Translations under genes and position numbers: made by a program
DNA from: Eledone cirrhosa
Taxonomy: Eukaryota
Assembly: GCA_964016885.1 (NCBI GenBank)
Contig: OZ024762.1
Location: forward strand, 29,078,001-29,142,000
Reading direction: 5' to 3'
DNA length: 64,000 nucleotides
Part shown: positions 12,529 to 23,951 of the stretch, one piece after another
Position numbering within the stretch: the first letter of the stretch is position 1
Layout: each line of letters opens with the position of its first letter
The notes under the pieces: generated by a model
What the model saw: the letters and a program-made list of their open reading frames with translations, nothing else
Told to the model about the DNA's origin: nothing
Databases searched by the model: none

Positions 12529-13863
12529 GTTCATCGCTATAAGGGTCACCCCCCAAAAAAAGAAAAAAATAGCACATCTGGTTTTGTGAGTAACATTACG
12601 AATACACAGCAAATTTAGCGACAAACTATGAAAATACTCAAGGACACGCACATGTGGAATTCGCACAGACATACTTTTTCTCTCACGCATCAATTAACTG
12701 TCGCATTTCACCAATATATATATATATGTTTCTCGTTTCTTACAACGAACACTTTCAAAACAAAAAAAAACATTTCACGATATATATATATGTTTCTCGT
12801 TTCTTACAACGAACTCTTTCAAAACACAAAAAAAAAAAAAAAGAAATTTGATATTCTTTAAAAAACATTTCAACAGGAACATTTATTTTCGATGAACCAT
12901 TGCCTTTTGTTCATCGTTTTCTTCATCGTTCAAGTTTTTTGTTTTTTTCCAAAGTTCACACCTATAATTATGCTGATTGAAGCCTTTCTTTTTCATCATT
13001 GTCACTTTCAAAATTGCACTATCATTTTCTCGCGCGTTAGAAATATTTTTTTTCAACCTTGTATTGGCACGTGTAGGCAGCATAAATTCTCGATTCACTG
13101 AGATGTCTCTACTCACAGACAGCCGCACGCCAGAGATAGCATTTCTCCCCCAAGGATTCTTCAGCCTTAAGCTATATTCTTCTATTTGCCGGTTTATAAA
13201 TTTACAATGTAAATTTACCGTTGATAACCGCGCATTTATTAAGAATGCTTATTTCTCTGGTCGCTGGCCTCTTGACCCTTCCAGGTCAACGCATTCTCAA
13301 CATCGACCATCAACTTCGGCTGCTATTTCTAGCACTTTGCGCAACTCATTTTTTTCTAAAAAAAAATTTTTTTACTGTGAATTTAAACACCGAATACGCT
13401 CACTCAGCGAGACAACAGCAGCAGCAACAGCAATATAACAGCAACAGCAATACATCAATACAGCTTCACCAAAGCCAGAGAATTTATTTTTGCAGCACTC
13501 TTCCTGTGAGAAAATCCATTCGGAGGTTGGAAATTTCACGATATACCACAGAACAGAAACCACCTGCATTCATTCTCTGGAACACACTTTCTTTCCTGCT
13601 GTCATGTGATTGCACACCTGTGAACTATATTTTGAACTTTGAGCTCTTCTATTACTTTTACTTTATTACATTGTATCTTTGGGTGATGGATAGATGGATG
13701 TCCAGTCGTTCTCTGGCCAAGAGCGGTTGGCTACCTTGATATCTATCATTGATTTTTCCAAACATTCTTTTGTCGTAATTTTCATGCCTGTTACAACATT
13801 CTCGCCAACTTGCTACATATTTTCATTTCGATTTTTATACACTAAAATTCTGGCGGGAGGTTA

Positions 13864-14229
13864 TGTAGCGGTTGTCTCCCTTGTTTTGATTGGGATCTAG
13901 ACGGGAGGTGGAACCCTTTCTGCGACTTCCGGTCAGAGCCCTATAAAACTAATAACTTTAAGCTTCCTCCCTCTCTTTGCCTTTTCGGCACCAGGTCGAA
14001 GAGCCTCTCATTTGGCTCTGCCATTAATTTGGCCAACAGGCGCCTGGCCTTAGCCAGGCGCCCTCTGCCAGCCGCGTTTGCCTGGCAATCAAAACGGTAA
14101 CTACTAACTTTGTTTCATTCTAACATCTATCTTTGACATGTCAAGTATTCTATCTACCGTTAATTAAATATTATATACACAAACAATGTCTCGTTTTGTT
14201 ACATTCATACAACCAGTACCCTCGCTATA
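13864..14229 (+). repeat. 3' LTR
   Basis: Direct repeat of 12130-12495, preceded by a PPT-like tract and followed by the GTAC TSD. Confidence 0.93.
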
Positions 14230-14329
14230 GTACCAAGGGAGACAACTCCACCTTTGCTCAATTTAAATCCCATGTTAGTATTATTGAGCAGACCTCTCAT
14301 TAAAGTTGTTCCAGCCGTGACTATCATGT

Positions 14330-14340
14330 TTATATGTATA

Positions 14341-14381
<41 letters not shown>

Positions 14382-14396
14382 GTACATATATATACA
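14330..14396. repeat. (TA)n microsatellite
   Basis: Imperfect TA run. Confidence 0.9.
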
Positions 14397-15138
14397 TGTG
14401 TAAACTGCAGAATATGATCTTTGTTGTTGTAAGACAGAAGAGAGTGATATTTGGCTGCTATTTCTACCAAGTCAAGTAACCAGGTAGGAGACTCCCTCGT
14501 TGATACGTAATACATATTTTACTGGGAGATGTTGTTTGTTTTACCAGGGGTTGGATACAATTGATGGAGTGAATTGATATAACTGAAGGTATTAAATTAT
14601 GTCAGGGACTTTTAACGTATGACACCGGTGTTATTCAGGAGAGTGAAACATTACCAACGACAGCACGTACCTGCCATCTTAATTATAACTTTAATTAATC
14701 TAATTATATCTTGTGTATCAATTATATCATGTTAAGGTGAAAGTTAATATTCTGTAGATAACATAGAGTGAGCTACATGTTCCAGGGTAGGTGTTCCATC
14801 TCCTACATGATTAATTATTTCATTTCATGAGAAACTACGCTACATCGTGAATTGGTTGTTCCACATTTTACAGGACAGTGAGAAATAGGTTTAAATCACC
14901 AACATCTGAACAATTAGCTTTCCTGGTCTTTCTTGAATTTACACTTGGACTTGAAATATAAAGTACGTATTATTTGTATTGTTAACACAGCAGATATTGT
15001 GTACTTTTCTACACTCCGTGGTGAACAATCCCCATTTATTAAGACACACACACACTCTCTCTTACACTTTCTTATACCAACATCTGTCTTACACAGTCAT
15101 ATATCCTGAGAACTTCGAAGAATTCTTCAAGAATTACC

Positions 15139-16391
<1,253 letters not shown>

Positions 16392-16751
16392 GGGAAATCT
16401 TTCATTAGTAACACTGAATATAATAAACACAAAATAACACACGCTTGTGAAAAACTTTTTACACAGTGAAATATGTGGGAAATGTTTTTTTCTCTAACAG
16501 TTACTTAGACACAAACATACAGAGGAATGAAAGTTTTTAACTGTGAAACACGGACATCCTTCCTCTTACAAATCTAAAATTATTTTCCACCAATATCAAA
16601 TGTGAATACTTGGCAGTTTGATAGACTCCAAACATTGCTGGCCATTTTTACAAATATATTTTCATTTGAAATTGAAATCTTTCTCTGATCTATTCTTGAC
16701 TTTTTGAATTAATTTTAAATCTATGCCAGAAATTTCAGCCTTGGTTTGTCA

Positions 16752-17480
16752 ACACCAACATTCCCTGCTATAGTGTGTGTAATTAAGGGACCCTCTATCA
16801 CATAAGGTAATGTCTTGTATGCTATGATAAATTTTGGAGGACTACACCAACATTCCCTTTTGTAGTGTGTGTAGTTAAGTGACCCTCTATCACCTGAGGT
16901 AATGTCTTCTCTGCTGTGATAACTTTTAGAGGCCTACACCAACATTCCTTGCTATAGTGTGTAATTGAAGGGACCCTCTATCACCTGAGGTAATGTCTTC
17001 TCTGCTGTGATAACTTTTAGAGGCCTACACCAACATTCCTTGCTATAGTGTGTAATTGAAGGGACCCTCTATCACCTGAGGTAATGTCTTCTCTGCTATG
17101 ATAACTTTTAGAGGCCTACACCAACATTCCCTCCTATAGTTTGTGTAAGAGACCCTCTATCACCTGTTCGCTGGTATGTTAAATTTTAGAGGCCTACACC
17201 AACATTCCCTCCTATAGTGTGTAATTGAAGGGACCCTCTATCACCTGAGGTAATGTCTTCTCTGCTATGATAACTTTTAGAGGCCTACACCAACATTCCC
17301 TCCTGTAGTTTGTGTAAGAGACCCTCTATCACCTGTTCGCTGGTATGTTAAATTTTAGAAGCCTACACCAACATTCCCTGTTGTAGTGTGTAATTAAGGG
17401 CCCTCTATCACCTTAGGTAATGCTGTGTGTGTCTAGTCTCAGAAATTTTAGAGGGTAACACCAACATTTTCTGTTATAGT
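16752..17480. repeat. ~91-bp (79-93 bp) tandem repeat, ~8 copies
   Basis: ACACCAACATTCC...GGACCCTCTATCACCTGAGGTAATGTCTTCTCTGCT..GATAACTTTTAGAGGCCT recurs, e.g. at 16936 and 17027. Confidence 0.92.
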
Positions 17481-17660
17481 AAATTTCTTTCTGACTCCTT
17501 TTTTTTATTGATTTTATGTTTTGTAAATAATTTATTAATTTTTCATAATTAATTTTATAAATTGTATTTATGTCCTGAATTTCATTCTATTTGTTGTTAA
17601 TAAAAGAATTATATTTAAGGAATTTATTAAGTCTATAACTTCAACTTTTTGTTATTTTGC

Positions 17661-18742
17661 CATCTAAATCTGTTGTTAACACCATATGTAATGATATCAT
17701 CTTGTAAGTAGTTTTAATACATCTAACACCCATCTAAATCTCTGTTATTAACACCATATGTAATGATATCATCTTGTAAGTTGTTTTAATACATCTAACA
17801 CCCATCTAAATCTGTTATTAAGACCATATGTAATGATATCATCTTGTAAGTAGTTTTAATATCTAACACCCATCTAAATCTCTGTTATTAACACCATATG
17901 TAATGATATCAACTTGTAAGTAGTTTTAATACATCTAACACCCATCTAAATCTCTGTTATTAATACCATATGCAATGATATCATCTTGTAAGTAGTTTTA
18001 ATAACTAACACACATCTAAATCTCTGTTATTAACACCATATGTAATGATATCTTGTAAGTAGTTTTAATACATCTAACACCCATCTAAATCTCTGTTATT
18101 AACACCATATGTAATGATATCATCTTGTAAGTAGTTTTAATATCTAACACCCATCTAAATCTCTGTTATTAACACCATATGTAATGATATCTTGTAAGTA
18201 GTTTTAATACATCTAACACCCATCTAAATCTCTGTTATTAACACCATATGTAATGATATCATCTTGTAAGTAGTTTTAATACATCTAACACCCATCTAAA
18301 TCTCTGTTATTAACACCATATGTAATGATATCATCTTGTAAGTAGTTTTAATACATCTAACACCCATCTAAATCTCTGTTATTAACACCATATGTAATGA
18401 TATCATCTTGTAAGTAGTTTTAATATCTAACACCCATCTAAATCTCTGTTATAAACACCATATGTAATGATATCTTGTAAGTAGTTTTAATACATCTAAC
18501 ACCCATCTAAATCTCTGTTATTAACACCATATGTAATGATATCATCTTGTAAGTAGTTTTAATACATCTAACACCCATCTAAATCTCTGTTATTAACACC
18601 ATATGTAATGATATCATCTTGTAAGTAGTTTTAATACATCTAACACCCATCTAAATCTCTGTTATAAACACCATATGTAATGATATCATCTTGTAAGTAG
18701 TTTTAATACATCTAACATCCATCTAAATCTCTGTTATTAACA
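17661..18742. repeat. ~72-bp AT-rich tandem repeat, ~15 copies
   Basis: Unit CATCTAAATCTCTGTTATTAACACCATATGTAATGATATCATCTTGTAAGTAGTTTTAATACATCTAACACC. Confidence 0.95.
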
Positions 18743-18745
18743 GCA

Positions 18746-19037
18746 CTAGCAGAAAAACCACCCTAGCATGTGTACTGTGTATATTGATATTATACACAAA
18801 TATATATGCATGTAAATAAAATTGTAAATGACAATATACACAGAAATTGAACGAAGACTGCGTTACACTGTCTTATTTAACCAGTAACGTAATCCATGAT
18901 ATATTAAAAAAAGAAGATATTTTATATAAACTGGATTAGGAGAAAATTAGTGACGGAAATATATGAATGTTTATTTAAGCGATTGCCACCGGAAGTGTTG
19001 ACATTTGAACATTTTAAAGAAGTAAATCTTTAAATAA
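18746..19037 (-). mobile_element. 3' part of a Helitron-like non-autonomous element (inverted copy)
   Basis: Reverse complement aligns with 19407-19462 and 20212-20432. Ends CTAG|T on the minus strand. Confidence 0.6.
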
Positions 19038-19142
19038 ATAATAAAATCTTAACTATAATAAAGTAAGGAGCGTGAGACTGCATCCAGAATATATTTTTTT
19101 ACCCCGTTTGTAAAATAAGTTGGGTTACTTTGAATAAATAAT

Positions 19143-19331
19143 TGTTTCTCCTTTAGGCACAAGGCCAGCAATTACCCCAGTGTATTACTGGTACTTTATT
19201 TTATCGACCCCGTAAGGATGAAAGGCAAAGTCAACCTTGGCGGGATTTGAACTTAGAAGTGCAAGGGCCGTAACTCTATGCGTCAAAGCATGGCATCCGA
19301 CCCTCTACCGATACTGCCAACTCACCGCCCG
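19143..19331 (-). mobile_element. Full-length tRNA-derived SINE (Meta-domain-like) with 16-bp TSD
   Basis: TSD ACTTTGAATAAATAAT at 19127-19142 and 19332-19347. Minus strand GGGCGGTGAGTTGGCAGTATCGGTAGAG...GTTCAAATCCCGCCAAGGTTGACTTTGCCTTTCATCCTTACGGGGTCGATAAAATAAAGTACCAG. Confidence 0.9.
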
Positions 19332-19478
19332 ACTTTGAATAAATAATGAATGAATATTACATAATTTATCTATTAAATGTTGTGGCTGTTGATTAAATAT
19401 ATTTTATAGCTTATTTAAAGATTCACTTCTTTAAAATGGTCAAATGTCAACACTTCCTGTTAGCTGCCGTTATATTAT

Positions 19479-19654
19479 TGGCAGTATCGGTAGAGGGTTG
19501 GACGCCATGCTTTGAAGCATAGAGTTGCGTCCCTTTATGATCTGAGTTCAAATCCCGCCGAGATTAACTTTGCCTTTCATCCTTACGGGGTCAATAAAAT
19601 AAAATACCAGTAATACACTGGATAATTGCTGGCCTTGTGCCTAAAGTAGAAGCA
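19479..19654 (+). mobile_element. SINE of the same family, opposite orientation, with 10-bp TSD
   Basis: Reverse-complement match to 19143-19320. GTTATATTAT at 19469-19478 and 19655-19664. Confidence 0.88.
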
Positions 19655-19684
19655 GTTATATTATAACACTTATAATCACATAAT

Positions 19685-20204
19685 CACGTGCTGCTGTACA
19701 GGTCTGAGACTTGGACACTGACCAAGAAACTCACTCTGATGGTGGATGGGTGCTACACGAGAATGCTGAGGATGGCTCTGAATATTAATCAGTATACACT
19801 GAGGATGAAAAACTCAGAGCTGTATGGGAGCCTCCCAAAAGTCAGCTCAAAAGTGACACAGAAGAGACTGTAGTTAGCTGGACATGCTCACCGACATCCA
19901 GAGTTGACACTGCACTCAGTGCTCCTGTGGGAGCCCCTACATGGACACACTGGAAGAGGGAGACTGAGGTTAGCTGGACATGCTCACCGACATCCAGAGT
20001 TGACATTGCACTCAGTGCTCCTGTGGGAGCCCATACATGGACACACAGGAAGAGAAAGACCAAGGTTAACGTATGTTGATGCCCTAAGGACAGACACTGG
20101 TCTGTTGGAGACGCAAGACATGGCAGCGATAATGAGGGACAGAGACTGCTGGAGGGAACTCGTCCATGGATCTTGAGAATTTTACCTGCCCTAGATAGAT
20201 AGAT
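19685..20204 (+). mobile_element. 5'-truncated LINE (RTE/RTE-X-like), ORF2 C-terminus with a stop codon, a 96-bp internal duplication and a (TAGA)n tail
   Basis: LLYRSETWTLTK..DGCYTRMLR..RL*LAGH..LLWEP..GR.RPRLTYVD..DRDCWR are typical post-RT motifs. Duplicated segments start at 19865 and 19961. Confidence 0.88.
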
Positions 20205-20601
20205 ATAATGACATATATTTCCGTCGCTAATTTTCTCCTAACGCAGTTTATATATAATATCGTCTTTTTTAATGTATCATGGATTACGTTACTGATTACA
20301 TAAGACAGTGTAACACAGTCTTTGTTCAATTTCTGTGTATTATATATTGCCAATTACGATTTTATTTGATGTATCATATCTACATGTATATATACTTGTG
20401 TATAATATCAATATACACACTACACAAGCTAGCAGTTTATATATAATATTGTCTTTTTTAATGTATCATGGATTAATGATTACATAAGACAGTGTAACAC
20501 AGTCTTTGTTCAATTTCTGAGTATTATATATTGTCAATTACGATTTTATTTGATGTATAATATCTACATGTATATATACTTGTGTATAATAATACACACA
20601 C

Positions 20602-21077
20602 TTGTGTAATAGTAATATATACGAACGGCAAAGCATAAGTGAACTAAGTGAGAAATTAGGAATAAGAGGGATCAGATGCTGTTTACTCGAGAGAAGACTA
20701 CGTTGGTATGGCCACGTGATGCGCATGAAAGACGACAGTTGTATAAAAAAGTGCAGGGCGATCAAAATAGATGGTAGCCACGGAGTAGTCAGACCCAGAA
20801 AAACCTGGGACGATCTGATAAATTCCGGCCTTACACACTTGCACCTCTCTAAGACAATGTCCCTGGACCGAGGTCTTTGGCGCTACACAGTAATACAGAA
20901 AACCCGCCTTGCCTATGTACAAAGTAAAACCTACAGTCAGTAGGCACCTCTTAACCAAATATACACCCCAATCCACTACCCCTACCCTTTCCTCCCACTC
21001 CCACCAACACCACCCTCTCTCTATAAAGTTGCTACCACAACATCCAGTCCAAATAAATGAGATAATGAGATCGAGGT
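20602..21077 (+). mobile_element. 5'-truncated RTE-type LINE, ORF2 C-terminus and 3' UTR
   Basis: EKLGIRGIRCCLLERRLRWYGHVMRMKDDSCIKKC..G..RPRKTWDD..DRGLWR motifs of RTE-clade ORF2. Confidence 0.9.
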
Positions 21078-21600
21078 CATGTAGGTGTCACAAGACAAAA
21101 ACACACAGTCCACGCTGTAATGTGGCCGTGTAGGTAACACGGTAAAAACCTCCCAGTTCCACATTGTAAATGTGGTTCGAGTTAGGAAGGGCATCCAGCT
21201 GTAGAAAACCCACCAGACATGTAGGTGTTACAACAAAAAAACACACAGTCCACGCTGTAATGTGGCCGTGTAGGTAACACGGTAAAAACCTCCCAGTTCC
21301 ACATTGTAAATGTGGTTCGAGTTAGGAAGGGCATCCAGCTGTAGAAAACCCACCAGACATGTAGGTGTTACAACAAAAAAACACACAGTCCACGCTGTAA
21401 TGTGGCCGTGTAGGTAACACGGTAAAAACCTCCCAGTTCCACATTGTAAATGTGGTTCGAGTTAGGAAGGGCATCCAGCTGTAGAAAACCCACCAGACAT
21501 GTAGGTGTTACAACAAAAAAACACACAGTCCACGCTGTAATGTGGCCGTGTAGGTAACACGGTAAAAACCTCCCAGTTCCACACTGTAAACGTGGTTGGT
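21078..21600 (+). repeat. 140-bp tandem repeat (~3.7 copies) derived from RTE-LINE 3' UTR
   Basis: CATGTAGGTG starts at 21078, 21218, 21358, 21498. Each unit holds AGGAAGGGCATCCAGCTGTAGAAA. Confidence 0.92.
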
Positions 21601-22400
21601 GTTTGGAGCATAACTTAATAAAGGTTCTGACATGGAATTATAATGAAAGGTTTTTAGAACAAACAGTTTTGTGTCATAGAAGTAGGGTTGTTTGGAACAT
21701 AACTTAACAAAGGTTCTTATATAAAATTATCCATCAGAGTATTCGGTTTATGTGTGTTACTTATGTTTTAGAGAGTATTATGCACATAAAAAAATTCAAC
21801 TTTTTTATCTCCTAGGGCCTGCATTAGGTGAAAAACTGCGTGTTTTTTTTTCAGGTTTCTAGGGTTTTTTGAGGCGTTATGTCAGACCGATTTCCTTGAA
21901 ATTGTAACTATGTATTAGTCAGCCTCTTCATACCGTGAGCAAAGAAAATCCAATTTTCTTATGGCCTAGGGCTCGCTTTAGGTGAAAAACTTCATTTTTT
22001 CAGCATTTTAGGGCTTTTTTTGAGGCGTTACATCAGACTGATTTCCTTGAAATTGTAACTATGTATTAGTCAGCCTCTTCTTCATACCGGGAGCAAAGAA
22101 AATCCAACTTTCTTATGGCCTAGGGCCCGCATTATGGTGAAAAACTTCATTTTTTTCAGCTTCTTAGGGCTTTTTTGAGGCGTTACGTCTATCAGATATC
22201 CCGAAATTTCAAGGTATATTATGCACATAAGAAAATTTCATTTCCTTGATCCCCTAGGGCCCGCATTAGGTGAAAACCTGCATTTTTCCTGCTTCATAGA
22301 GGGAAAATCTTAGATTATCCAGCCATCAGACTATTCGGTTTATTTTCTTTACATATTGTCCAGGCATGCATTTTTTCCACAATTAGGTCTGTTGGTGGCC
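21600..22400. repeat. Degenerate ~150-bp repeated module, probably DNA-transposon/Helitron internal sequence
   Basis: CCTAGGGCCCGCATTAGGTGAAAA-like motif at ~21811, 21965, 22119, 22253. TTTTTTGAGGCGTTA recurs. Confidence 0.6.
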
Positions 22401-22407
22401 CGCGTTC

Positions 22408-23483
22408 CATGTGGGAGTGGATTACATGTGGGGCTGGAGGGACAGTGGGAGTGGATTACATGTGGGGCTGGAGGGACAGTGGGAGTACATTACATGTGGG
22501 GCTGGAGGGACAGTGGGAGTACATTACATGTGGGGCTGGAGGGACAGTGGGATTGCATTACATTACATGTGGGGCTGGAGGGACAGTGGGAGTACATTAC
22601 ATGTGGGGCTGGAGGGACAGTAGGATTGCATTACATGTGGGGCTGGAGGGACAGTGGGAGTGGATTACATGTGGGGCTGCAGGGACAGTGGGAGTGCATT
22701 ACATGTGGGGCTGAAGAGACAGTGGGAGTGCATTACATGTGGGGCTGCAGGGACAGTGGGAGTGCATTACATGTGGGGCTGGAGGGACAGTGGGAGTGCA
22801 TTACATGTGGGGCTGGAGGGACAGTGGGATTGCATTACATGTGGGGCTGGAGGGACAGTGGGATTGCATTACATGTGGGGCTGGAGGGACAGTGGGATTG
22901 CATTACATGTGGGGCTGGAGGGACAGTGGGATTGCATTACATGTGGGGATGGAGGGACAGTGGGATTGCATTACATGTGGGGCTGGAGGGACAGTGGCAG
23001 TGGATTACATGTGGGGCTGAAGAGACAGTGGGAGTGCATTACATGTGGGGCTGCAGGGACAGTGGGAGTGCATTACATGTGGGGCTGGAGGGACAGTGGG
23101 AGTGCATTACATGTGGGGCTGGAGGGACAGTGGGATTGCATTACATGTGGGGCTGGAGGGACAGTGGGATTGCATTACATGTGGGGCTGGAGGGACAGTG
23201 GGATTGCATTACATGTGGGGCTGGAGGGACAGTGGGATTGCATTACATGTGGGGATGGAGGGACAGTGGGATTGCATTACATGTGGGGCTGGAGGGACAG
23301 TGGCAGTGGATTACATGTGGGGCTGGAGGGACAGTGGGAGTGCATTACATGTGATGCTGGAGGGACAGTGGGAGTGCATTACATGTGGCGCTGGAGGGAC
23401 AGTGGGATTGCATTACATGTGGGGCTGGAGGGACAGTGGGAGTGCATTACATGTGGGGCTGGAGGGACAGTGGGAGTGCATTA
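22408..23483 (+). repeat. 34-bp G-rich minisatellite, left arm (~31 copies)
   Basis: Unit ACATGTGGGGCTGGAGGGACAGTGGGA(G/T)TGCATT. Confidence 0.97.
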
Positions 23484-23484
23484 T

Positions 23485-23512
23485 CCCGTGCAACGCCGGG
23501 TACCACTGCTAG
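23485..23512 (+). mobile_element. Helitron 3' terminus (subterminal hairpin plus CTAG)
   Basis: CCCGTGCAACGCCGGG-TACCACTG-CTAG followed by host T. Confidence 0.75.
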
Positions 23513-23557
23513 TATGTCAAAACGGGGGCCCTACATATATAATGTTTCTATTTTCAG

Positions 23558-23616
23558 ATGGTATCCGACATATTGCCAGCTACTTCATCCAGCAAACACG
23601 TTTCCACATGAAGAAG
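23558..23616 (+). CDS. Candidate internal exon (59 bp) of an unidentified host gene
   Basis: Acceptor TGTTTCTATTTTCAG| and donor AAG|GTGAGT. Non-repetitive sequence. Two open frames: (x)GIRHIASYFIQQTRFHMKK or WYPTYCQLLHPANTFPHEE. Confidence 0.7.
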
Positions 23617-23624
23617 GTGAGTAG

Positions 23625-23895
23625 AGGTAGGTGGGGCACATGGGAGGGAGGGAAGTGGGTAACTGGGGGATATGGGGGGGAGTAAGTGGGTAACGGGAGA
23701 CATGGGACGGGGTAACTGGGGGACATGGGAGAGAGGATGGTGGCTAACTGGGGCACATGGGAGGGGCGTAGAGGGGTAACTGGGGGACGTGAGAGGGAGG
23801 GAGGTGGGGGACATGGGTAGGTGGGTAACTGGAGGACATGGGAGGGGGGAAGGTGGGTAACTGGGGGATATGAGGGTGGGATGGGGAGGCCTGGG
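23625..23895 (+). repeat. Degenerate G-rich repeat (GGGTAACTGGGGG..CATGGG)
   Basis: About 7 imperfect copies of GGGTAACTGGGGGA/CATGGGAG with dense G-runs. Confidence 0.75.
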
Positions 23896-23951
23896 AGTTT
23901 TTTGTTTGTGAAGGTGGTGGTGGTATCTGTAGTGGTGGTGTGCTACATGTA

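Larger units (their letters stand above)
12130..14229 (+). mobile_element. Non-autonomous LTR retrotransposon, 2100 bp, probably Gypsy/Ty3-related
   Basis: Direct 366-bp LTRs at 12130-12495 and 13864-14229 (about 3 visible differences). Termini TGTAGCG...CGCTATA. GTAC TSD at 12126-12129 and 14230-14233. PBS after the 5' LTR, purine tract GGCGGGAGG before the 3' LTR. No gag/pol recognisable. Confidence 0.93.
19047..20600 (+). mobile_element. Helitron-like element interrupted by two SINEs and a LINE fragment, with a ~189-bp terminal duplication
   Basis: 5' end matches 10883. Segments 19407-19462 and 20212-20432 match 18746-19037(-). GCAGTTTATATATAATAT... is duplicated at 20243 and 20432. Confidence 0.55.

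Noticed and set aside
12430-13900. ORFs inside the LTR element, including a poly-Q ORF
   Set aside because: Low-complexity, with no gag zinc knuckle, protease, RT or integrase motifs recognisable.
14410-14505. Possible short interspersed-repeat fragment sharing GGCTGCTATTTCTA with 13318
   Set aside because: Match is too short to assign a family or boundaries from this window alone.
23558-23616. Gene name for the candidate exon
   Set aside because: Neither open-frame peptide was recognised. A homology search is needed.
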